64,000 nucleotides of DNA from Nitrosopumilaceae archaeon (lineage in GTDB: Archaea > Thermoproteota > Nitrososphaeria > Nitrososphaerales > Nitrosopumilaceae). Positions 55,888 through 64,000 of the stretch are shown piece by piece (position 1 is the first letter of the stretch; each line of letters begins with the position of its first letter). A program made the translations under genes and the position numbers. Below the pieces are notes generated by a model. It had not been told where the DNA came from. It did not search any database and worked only from the letters and a program-made list of their open reading frames with translations. The stretch is taken from assembly GCA_965203465.1 (NCBI GenBank), contig CBDBCR010000001.1, positions 256,001-320,000 of the forward strand. Direction: 5' to 3'.

Positions 55888-57702
55888 GTATGCACTCACC
55901 TCCCCATCCGACGCCTGAGACGGACTGACGCTGCCCGTAGCGCGTCCGGCGGCCCGTCAGGAGCGGTCAGGCAACAGCCGCCGCCGGAGCCGGTAGCTGC
56001 CCCGCCTCGGCCCCGGGCGGCCTCGACAGGCCGGAGGCGGGCGAATCGAATACCGACCAGTCGCGCGGCGCCGGCGGCCCGGGGTTGAACATGTCCCATC
56101 CGGGGTCGCGCAGCATCTCGACTACGGCCCTGCACGGAAAAATATGGTTCATGCCGCACGTCATGATGAACGTCAGCAGCCTGGAAAAGACCTCGCGCCC
56201 CTCCGGCGTCGTGATCTGGTGGCGCACGTTGCGGTGCCTGACCGGGCCGTCCCTTATGGCAAGCTCGGTGGCGTTGTTGTGCGGCGGCATGCCCGGGTAC
56301 GACAGGAACGTGAACATGTCCGGCACCGCCTTGGCCAGGTGGTTTTTCGCCTTGCCTTCCGGGTACGCCGAGATCATCGACCGCACCTCGCGGGTAAGCT
56401 CCGTCACGGTGAACGGCGCGGCCGTCTTCATGCGCTTGATCTTGTGGTAAAAGCCCGAGGCCTGCTCGTGCCTCGCCCGATCGCCCGCGCCGCCGTCCAC
56501 GGCCGGCGCCTCCACGTGGCCGAGCAGGTGCCTCCAGCAGCACTGCCGGTCAGCGAACGCGTTGTACGACTGGTTTCTGTCGGAGACCACGGGCAGGTGC
56601 AGGAGCCAGCCGAAATGCTCCCGCAGGAACGGGATACTCTTGTGGGTCGTGGCCACGACGAACGCCGCGCGCTTGCATATGAACACCCACACGGTGCCCA
56701 CCTTGCCGACTATCCCTATCTTGATGCCGGTCTCGTCGCCCTGCACGAAGTTGCACGTCAGGAACGCCTGCTGTATGAGGTACAGCTGCCTGTCCAGCGC
56801 GCAGGAGACGGCCTTGCGCGCCGAGGCTATGGCAGTCTCCGACACCTTGAACTCGAAGAACGATTCGAGAAGGCGCGAAATGTCCGCGTCGGTGCACCGC
56901 ATCCCGTACAGCTCCGTTATCAGGCCCAGCAGCACCGGCCCCATCGACGTGCCCTCCAGGAACGGCGACGGGGCGACTATGCGCTTCTTGCAGTCGGGGC
57001 ACCACCCCGTCTCCAGGACGGCGGTGAACGTGACTACCTTTTTGCACTTGTCGAAATCCGAAACCGTCTTGTGTATGCATTCCCCGCGCTCGATCCGCGC
57101 CCCGCACCCGCAGCGCGAGACGTGGTACCTTATGCACAGCACCGGCACGTTGGCGTGCGAGACGCCGGCGTGCCCCATCGGCGGGCCCCTCTTGCGCCCC
57201 TTGCCGTCCGGCCGCACCGGCCTGTCCGAGCCGGACCCGTCGCTCCCCCGCGCCCCGTGCTTTTTGCGGTACTTGTTGCGCCTGTGGTTGAACTGCGACT
57301 TTGTCGACGACGGGGCGTTGGGGCCCTCGTACAGGGCCAGCCTGGCCTTGTACTTTTCCTTCTCTGCCCTCTCCGAGGCCGCCTGCTCTTTCAGTACCAC
57401 GATCTGGTTGTCCCGGTCGAAGATCGTGATGTGGGCCGCGACCAGTTCCCCGCGCAGCAGCACAGCTTCCGACGTCATGGGCGCGGCCCGAAAGACCCCG
57501 GATCTAAAGGTGTCGATCAATTTTTGTTGACTTTTTGTTTACTCTGTCTTGACAACGGGAGGATGGACAGGCCCCGGTCGGGGCGGCCCGGACGGGCGCG
57601 CGCCGCGGCTGCGGGCGCCCGACCGTGGGTTCACTCGCCCCCGTAGTGCGTCAGATTGGGCGTTTCGTGCCTACGGGCCGGGGGGGGGGGGTGAGTGCAT
57701 AC
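55888..57702 (-). mobile_element. IS66-family element (single-ORF, ISBst12-like)
   Basis: Terminal inverted repeat GTATGCACTCACC at both ends; 9-bp direct target duplication TTTAACAGG (55879-55887 and 57703-57711). Confidence 0.92.
55967..57520 (-). CDS. IS66 transposase
   Basis: Coiled coil, NAPSS, Zn finger, DETG, SD...Y, QCCWRH, NNATELAIR. Confidence 0.9.
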   Translation of the reverse strand: MIDTFRSGVFRAAPMTSEAVLLRGELVAAHITIFDRDNQIVVLKEQAASERAEKEKYKARLALYEGPNAPSSTKSQFNHRRNKYRKKHGARGSDGSGSDRPVRPDGKGRKRGPPMGHAGVSHANVPVLCIRYHVSRCGCGARIERGECIHKTVSDFDKCKKVVTFTAVLETGWCPDCKKRIVAPSPFLEGTSMGPVLLGLITELYGMRCTDADISRLLESFFEFKVSETAIASARKAVSCALDRQLYLIQQAFLTCNFVQGDETGIKIGIVGKVGTVWVFICKRAAFVVATTHKSIPFLREHFGWLLHLPVVSDRNQSYNAFADRQCCWRHLLGHVEAPAVDGGAGDRARHEQASGFYHKIKRMKTAAPFTVTELTREVRSMISAYPEGKAKNHLAKAVPDMFTFLSYPGMPPHNNATELAIRDGPVRHRNVRHQITTPEGREVFSRLLTFIMTCGMNHIFPCRAVVEMLRDPGWDMFNPGPPAPRDWSVFDSPASGLSRPPGAEAGQLPAPAAAVA

Positions 57703-57703
57703 T

Positions 57704-58483
57704 TTAACAGGCGCGGCGCGCGCCCAGCACGAGCGCGGCGGGCAGCCCCGCGTAAAAGCCGAGGTTTATCAGTATGGCCGCCGCGCCGTAGCCGGCCACC
57801 GAGGCCTCCGAGTCGGCGAGCTCCATGACCGAAAGCGAGTGCAGCATGGGCGTTATGGCCATCTTGACCGCCTCCCGGAAGAGGGGGCTCTGCCGCTCCA
57901 GGTCGGCGACGGCGGGCGAAAACGAATAGTAGGCGGCCTCAAAATACCTCATGAACTCGGAGCCCGCTCCGGTCTGGCGCAGCTGCGAGTCGCGGATCTC
58001 GCGCAGCTTTTGCACCTGCGGGGCGAGCTCCGTGCCGTGGGCCGCAGTGGCCACGAGGCAGCCGTTCTGCCCGCCCATCGGGTCCGTCTGCGCGGCGGCG
58101 CCGCCGACGATTATGGGGAACGATGCGGTCTCTTCGTCTATGGGGTTGAACAGTATCCCCTTTACGGCCACGTCCAGCGTGTACTGCCCGTCCCTCTCGA
58201 AGGTGAACGGCACGCTGATCCTGCCCTCCGAGGTGTGTATCAGGTTGGTGGGCCCGAAGATCTGCTCGCCGCCCTCGCTGACGGTCAGAAAGTAGTCTAT
58301 GTGGACCTGCGTCTTTTGCGTGCTGGGGTTGAGGAAGTCTATGCGCATCTTGGCCTCCTGGCCGGCCTCGAGGGTCTCGGGCACGGTGACCAGCTCCACA
58401 TCCAGGGTGCCCCCGTCGGTAGGCTGGACGGCGGCGAACGCGGGCAGGGGCGCGAACGCCAGCAACACCAAGAGAGCCTTCAC
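57704..58483 (-). CDS. CFI-box-CTERM surface protein
   Basis: GCLVATAAHGTELAPQVQKLREIRD...YYSFSP; signal peptide from GTG at 58483. Confidence 0.85.
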   Translation of the reverse strand: MKALLVLLAFAPLPAFAAVQPTDGGTLDVELVTVPETLEAGQEAKMRIDFLNPSTQKTQVHIDYFLTVSEGGEQIFGPTNLIHTSEGRISVPFTFERDGQYTLDVAVKGILFNPIDEETASFPIIVGGAAAQTDPMGGQNGCLVATAAHGTELAPQVQKLREIRDSQLRQTGAGSEFMRYFEAAYYSFSPAVADLERQSPLFREAVKMAITPMLHSLSVMELADSEASVAGYGAAAILINLGFYAGLPAALVLGARRAC

Positions 58484-59440
58484 GGAGCCTGTCCGGGCGC
58501 GCGTAATAATAGGATTCTCAATTCCGGCACCTTGTTCCACGCGGGGGAAACGGCCGCCCGCGCGGTTCAAAGGGGCCAGCCGGGGGCCTATCGACGTGCC
58601 GTTTATCCCGGGCGTCGGCGCCTGCGTGTCCGCGCCGCATCCGGCGCGCGTGACTCTGCACCGCGTGCGCCTCAGTCGCGGCTTTGGGCAGCCGCGGCAT
58701 GCCGGCGGTCAGCTTCGGCCTGCATGTCCTTGACGAACTCGGCGCAGCCGCGCTTGCCGCATTTTTCGGTCACGTGGTGGACCATCTCCGATGCCTTTCT
58801 GCCGTGAGGTTTGCCCGGGCGCCCCTCTTTGGCGCCGCCCGTGTTCCTGAGCCCGGCCTTGCCGCTTCCGTTCTATGGACTCGACGGGGGGGCTGTGCGG
58901 GTTCCCGTACAGGTTCGGGCGGTGCCCCGTCTAGGCCGTCTCGGCCTGCATCTCTGCGAGAGAAACCACCTCCGCCGCGAACGCGACCAGCTCGCAGATC
59001 GCGGCGTCCTCGGCTCTGCCGTTCTAGATCCCCTCGGCGAGGCCGGCCCGGAGGATCCCGGACTCGGACTCGGGCATGCGCCGCACCCTCTAAAACGCCC
59101 GTGTCAGAAAAAATTGCGCCAAGGGCACCGGAGAACCGCGCCGGACCTGGCCGCCTGCCCGGCCCGGTGCAGACTCGGGTCGGGCGCGCAGAGGCCGAAC
59201 CGCCTCTCAGCACTTTTTTGGGGACGGCATTGCCCGCGCGGGGACGGCGAGATCCGGCGCGGGCACGGCGACGCACGCGCCGTCGACGCCGGCACCGTGC
59301 CGCTCAACGTAACGGACAACGCCATGAGGACAGAAGGGCACGCTCTGGGCCGCGATCTGGTTCGGGCTCAACGCCCCGAGGCCGGCTGCGGGGCGGCCGA
59401 TCCGCATGCGAGCGGCGCGAACGGCGCCTTGCCTACGGAT

Positions 59441-59689
59441 TCAACGCCCGCCGCGGGTTTTGCCGCTTTTCCATTCGAGGAATTCAAGCTTGGGGATCTC
59501 TGCCTGCCGCAGTATCGCCAGCAAAACCCCGCGTCCCATTTCCTTTCTTTTCGGAACCGAGAGCATCCTGCGCGCGTCTTTTTTCAGAATCACGTGATCG
59601 CCCCGCACGTGAGCTTGAACGTACCCTCTAGTATTCAGGAACCGAATCAGTTCTTCAGACGACGGTCTGGGAAATTTGGCCATTGTCAT
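59441..59689 (-). CDS. hicA: HicA family mRNA interferase toxin
   Basis: ELIRFL..RGY...RGDH.IL...SVP...G.L.AILRQA. Confidence 0.85.
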   Translation of the reverse strand: MTMAKFPRPSSEELIRFLNTRGYVQAHVRGDHVILKKDARRMLSVPKRKEMGRGVLLAILRQAEIPKLEFLEWKSGKTRGGR

Positions 59690-59701
59690 GCACGTGATCG
59701 T

Positions 59702-60025
59702 TTACTTTACGCTAAACACGACGAACTTTTTCTTTATTCCCATGGCCTCGTGCATGGCCTCTATGGCTTCGGCTACGTTGTCCAGCGCGGCGCCTTTTGT
59801 CCCGCCGTCGCTGATCGCCCCCGGCAGCGCCGGAACCGTGCATACGTAGCGCCCGTCCCCGTCTCTCGACACATCCACCATGTAGCTGTCAAGCCGCTCC
59901 GGCAGGCCGTCCCGTTCCTGCCCGGGGCGGCGCCTCACCTGCAGGACTGTCTCCGAATACGCAACCTCGTACGCGGACAGATCCGCGCCCCGAACCATTT
60001 CTAGCTGCTTCTCGACGGTGGCCAC
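59702..60025 (-). CDS. hicB: HicB family antitoxin
   Basis: YVCTVPALPGAISDGGTKGAALDNVAEAI. Confidence 0.85.
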   Translation of the reverse strand: MATVEKQLEMVRGADLSAYEVAYSETVLQVRRRPGQERDGLPERLDSYMVDVSRDGDGRYVCTVPALPGAISDGGTKGAALDNVAEAIEAMHEAMGIKKKFVVFSVK

Positions 60026-60568
60026 GCAACATCTCCCGTATTATACCATAATAACCTATCAGTTAACTCCAGTTAACCCAAAAGTACCTTGCCAAGGCCG
60101 GAAAAGCGATCGCCGGCAGGGCCCACCGAAAGATCCAAAAACGGGCGCCCGCGCGGCGGCCCGGGATCCGGCCTCCGCTGCCGGATCAGCGACAACCGCG
60201 GGGCGCCACATTATACAAATATCACCCCGACAGCGCGATCCGTGGTTCCCGCAAGCGGCGCGTTTGAACGGCGCGGCGATCTTGGCCCGCGCCCGCTGGC
60301 GTGCCTCACAGGCGCGGGTTGCAAAGCCGGACCGTCAGGACGCTGGACTAGGCACTCCCTGCGACACGCGTCGGCACGCCGCCAGATCCGTAAAAACCGC
60401 GGAAGGGCGTGCAGCGCCCCGAACGGCAGATCCTGTTGCCCCGGCACGTCGGCTGTTGGAGAAGCGGGGCTCAGGCGGGGCAAACTGCAAACTCTAGACC
60501 GAGGATCTTTGCGCCAAAGGGGAAACGGCCGGACGGGGGCGGCGGCCATCGGAGGGCCGGGAGGGTAA

Positions 60569-61519
60569 ATGCCGTTCCAGAGGGGCGACGATTCCGGGCA
60601 GAAAGCGCCCGGGCCTGCCGGCCGAAATCCAGACGAGCTGCTCCGGCAGGGGAACGGCGGGGCCGGGCCGGCGTGCGGACTGCCAGAGTTCGACGAAAAG
60701 ACGATTGCCAAGAACACGGACGAGTACGACGTTAAGATGCGCGCTTATGCGGAAAAATACGAGCAAGAGCTCGAGACGCTGGAGAAACAGATAGATAAAA
60801 CAGCCATGGCCTACCTTGAATTTGGTCAGATTACAAAAGAAGAGGCGGTTGCGTTGGAGGAGACCTACGACATTTCTGTAAAGTCTAGCATATACGAGAC
60901 GGGCGAGCCGAACTACATCCAGTTGTGGAACCGGCTTGCGGCGAAATCGCCCGTTGTCAAACACGTATGGAGATTCGTGACCGGCATGCTGGAAAGCGCC
61001 AGACACGAAAGCAAAAAATCCTACAAGGAAAGCAAGTCGTTTTACAGGGGCACCTCCATGTCGGAGTTGGCGAAGGTGGTGCGGGACGGGGGCATTGCGG
61101 TCCGCCTGCCGGGCGAGGGGGCCGTCGGAGACAGCGACCCGACATCGCTCACGCCCGTCTTGGAGGTGGCAATGCAGTATGCCAGCGGCAGGGGCGAAGG
61201 CGGCAGCGATACGAGGCCGGACGGGGTCGTATTGGAGTACGACGCAGAGTCGATCAGGAGAACCGGCAAGGCCAGACTCATGGAATACAACGTCATGGGC
61301 AGGTGGAGCAGGCGCAAGATACTGCCCCTGCGATGGTCACACCAGCGGGAAATCACGATACCGCACGGTTTAAAAGAGCCCGAGCTGGTAGGGGTGATAA
61401 TGCATGAAAGCGGGGCCCGTCTCAACCCGGACATCGTGGCGGCGTTGAAGGACAAGGGCATAAAACTGACGGTGATCAAGGAATGGAGCGATGCGTCCAT
61501 CTACCCAAGAGATGGCTAG
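60569..61519 (+). CDS. Putative ADP-ribosyltransferase (R-S-E class) domain protein
   Basis: FYRG ... TSLT...VA.QYA ... QREI. Confidence 0.5.
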   Translation: MPFQRGDDSGQKAPGPAGRNPDELLRQGNGGAGPACGLPEFDEKTIAKNTDEYDVKMRAYAEKYEQELETLEKQIDKTAMAYLEFGQITKEEAVALEETYDISVKSSIYETGEPNYIQLWNRLAAKSPVVKHVWRFVTGMLESARHESKKSYKESKSFYRGTSMSELAKVVRDGGIAVRLPGEGAVGDSDPTSLTPVLEVAMQYASGRGEGGSDTRPDGVVLEYDAESIRRTGKARLMEYNVMGRWSRRKILPLRWSHQREITIPHGLKEPELVGVIMHESGARLNPDIVAALKDKGIKLTVIKEWSDASIYPRDG

Positions 61520-61928
61520 TCCGGCAACCCTAATGGCACGGAGCATACTCCGCGGCGACAAGGACATGAGCGACGAGGAGGCTACAAGAGCGGTGGCGTC
61601 CTACATACGCAGCTGGCTCCCGGTGGACGAACGGGACAGGGCCGAAAAGATAGGGGCCGAGGCCGTCAAGGACGCGCGCGAATACCTCAAAAAGCCGAAA
61701 AAAACGCTCGGGATCGACCGGCGTCGGGCCTTGGTCGAGGAGATCAAAAAAGAACTCCAAGATGCCGAGGTGCAGCCAAGGCGCATCGTTTTAGCCAAAC
61801 TGTCTACCGAGGAGACAAGAGCTCAAAAACGCGAGCTCGCGCCAAACACACACGACCCGCCAAAGCCCGTCGTTCTGCACAAACGGCGGGATCCGCGATC
61901 CGGGCCGCCCGATCACGACGCCGCCTAG
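61512..61928 (+). CDS. Hypothetical protein overlapping the ART-like gene (possible immunity/partner)
   Basis: ATG overlaps the upstream stop; helical, charged. Confidence 0.55.
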   Translation: MASPATLMARSILRGDKDMSDEEATRAVASYIRSWLPVDERDRAEKIGAEAVKDAREYLKKPKKTLGIDRRRALVEEIKKELQDAEVQPRRIVLAKLSTEETRAQKRELAPNTHDPPKPVVLHKRRDPRSGPPDHDAA

Positions 61929-62074
61929 AGCTGGTTGCAACCCGGCAGTCGCGGAAAGCCGCGCCGGCGCCAGGCCGCCCAAGATCCGAACGGCGGGCGC
62001 GCCGCGGCGGAGTCTTCTCCCGCGCGGGCACCGGTTCGTATCGACTTATTAACGCAGAACCCGCACCGCCGCCG

Positions 62075-63052
62075 TTGGTCGGAAATCCAGGATACGACGC
62101 GATGTTCACCAAGTTCTTCAACTCGGCCCAGCTCGCCAGCACGTACAAGCCCGTCTTCCTCAGGTCGCTCTTGGACGTGGGCGATCTGGCAGACAGATCC
62201 AAAAGGGCCAAGATCGTCGGCAGAAAATGGCTCAAGTTCAGGTGCAACGGCGAGAGGCTATTCGTCGATCTCAACTTTATCGCGGTCCGGTTCGCAAAGT
62301 ACTACTGGGACATGGAATACAGGTTCAAGCTCAGGCAGTCGCAGGATCGCCAAGACGCGAACATCCTGAAGATCATAAGAGGAGCGCAGGCCGCTAGGAA
62401 AAAACCGCCCACGATCAGGGCGCTGGCGAGCACTTCCATGTCCGAGTTCCGCGCACAAGTAATCCGAAAGAGCATAAGGCCGGAAGTCCTCGTGCACCTC
62501 AAAACCAACATGCCCAGCCTCTACAAAAAAGAGAAGACCGGCGAGATATCATTCAATGCTAAAATAGTGCCGTACATCAAACGCAATAGGACGCTGCTGA
62601 GGAACGGGCTCAACTACACCATCGCCCGATACCTTGAAAAAATAAACCGGGGCACGCCCAGCATAGCCAAAAAAGTAGGCTACAACTCCGACAGCATCGT
62701 CAAGCCCATGCTCTGCCCCGGCGCGATCAAGGACATGCGCAGGTGGCAGTATTCGCGCTGCTTTTACTGCGGGGGCAACTTGCGCAAGCACCACGTAGAC
62801 CACGTCATACCGTTCAATTTCGTCTTCTCCACAGAGCTTTACAACTGCGTCCTGTCGTGCCCGGGTTGCAACTGCAAAAAGTCTGACACGCTGCCAGAGA
62901 GGAGCCGGTTCGCCAAAGTGGTGGCCCGCAACCGGAAAAAACTAGACTACATCCAAAAGCAAGAAATAGCGTACAAAGAAGAGTCGTACTGCCTGCTGTT
63001 CAACACCTGCGTGATTCAATACAACGGCAAAAAGTTCTTCAGGCCAAGCTAG
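62075..63052 (+). CDS. HNH endonuclease (McrA-like, with N-terminal STYK domain)
   Basis: STYKPVFLRSL; CFYCG...HVDHVIPF...NCVLSCPGCNCKKSD. Confidence 0.85.
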   Translation: MVGNPGYDAMFTKFFNSAQLASTYKPVFLRSLLDVGDLADRSKRAKIVGRKWLKFRCNGERLFVDLNFIAVRFAKYYWDMEYRFKLRQSQDRQDANILKIIRGAQAARKKPPTIRALASTSMSEFRAQVIRKSIRPEVLVHLKTNMPSLYKKEKTGEISFNAKIVPYIKRNRTLLRNGLNYTIARYLEKINRGTPSIAKKVGYNSDSIVKPMLCPGAIKDMRRWQYSRCFYCGGNLRKHHVDHVIPFNFVFSTELYNCVLSCPGCNCKKSDTLPERSRFAKVVARNRKKLDYIQKQEIAYKEESYCLLFNTCVIQYNGKKFFRPS

Positions 63053-64000
63053 GCGCCGCGGCCCCGTACCGGCTCGGCTTTCCGATCCATGTCTCTGGCC
63101 AGTTCAGGCCAGAGTTGGCGGCGCCGGACTTAATCCCGGTCAACCCTTGGGCTTCTTGTTCGAGCCTGCACCATGCAGCTTTCAGCGCCTCGCTAGTCAG
63201 AGTCGACTGCCTCGGCACGGCCTTTGCGGATCAGTCCGTACAGCGCACTATCGCATTGGCGGCAGCCGGGCGCGCACCATTCCGGCACGCCGTCCTTGTT
63301 TTACGATAACAGACCGGGCAGTTCTTGCCAGACTGGCGAATTTGAGACCGAGCTGAGTTCGCGGCGGTGCTGTTGCCGACGTAAAGCCCAACGACGGCAA
63401 TTCGGGAATCCGTTCAACAACCCAGTCCACAATCTCTGGATTATTCTAGAAAAACCTGTTTATCCTGACGGCAGACCGGAATGCCCTAATCCATTGCATT
63501 GTAGACGACATGGCGGCTCTCCCTCCTGCATTGCCTGAACCCGGGCCGTTTGCCGGGGTTCCAGATCGCGACACTTTCGACTCCACACGATCTTTGATCG
63601 CAACGTGCTCCACGGCGCCGGCTTCATAATGCATACCCTGCGTCATGCGTGTGGTTATTAACCCTGCCGGTCGACTCCCCCGTCGGCTTACATCAAGCAC
63701 ATAAACGAAGTGGATTAGCAACCCGTCCGTGTATCTTTTCTTCGTGGTTCCGGGCCTGCAAAGGGGCGCGTGACGCCTGACATGAAAGACTGAGACGCGG
63801 TGATTAAAACAATATCCCAGTAAGGTCAGGGATCTTCCGGATCCGGGCCGACGTCGGGGTAGTCCAAGCCCAGAGTCTTGGCTATCTTGCCGGAAACCGG
63901 GCGCCCTTTGGGTTGCCCGTCCAAGATATCGTCGCCATGGCCCTTGGCGGGTTGATGGACTATCAAAACATCGCATTGGCCGGCAGTTGACCTCGGTCCC

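Noticed and set aside
58600-59430. Short coding-like fragments on the minus strand
   Set aside because: Multiple stops and no recognisable family; possibly decayed genes but unsupported
63053-64000. ORFs at the window end
   Set aside because: No recognisable motifs or convincing start signals

Overview
GC-rich archaeal DNA from a Nitrososphaerota (Thaumarchaeota) organism, probably a Nitrosopumilaceae lineage and possibly a Cenarchaeum-like animal symbiont. The assignment rests on pantoate kinase, TFB, an orphan A/V-ATPase proteolipid, PEFG-CTERM and CFI-box surface proteins, and leaderless TTG/GTG starts. Core genes (pok, phoU, nudix, ABC/S-layer, tfb, cysC/cysQ, ferredoxin, sufS-like, pyrBI, FNT, copper cluster) alternate with accessory islands. 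(i) 2.4-11.6 kb: a defence island with an HNH-effector Lamassu/ABC-three-component system and a divergent, translationally coupled five-gene operon (GHKL ATPase, hypothetical, DUF6339-like::PAPS-reductase-like fusion, GIY-YIG, DGQHR/DndB-like). (ii) 21.1-23.5 kb: three ~130-bp repeats, each with a promoter and a conserved hairpin, each lying convergent to one intact or decayed DUF3800-like RNase H-fold gene. (iii) 28.7-40.5 kb: a tandem array of six TPR paralogues. (iv) 43.4-46.9 kb: a PIN toxin operon interrupted by IS630. (v) 51-64 kb: pseudogenes, IS66, hicBA, an ADP-ribosyltransferase-like gene pair and an HNH nuclease. All family calls come from motif recognition by eye; no database search was run.
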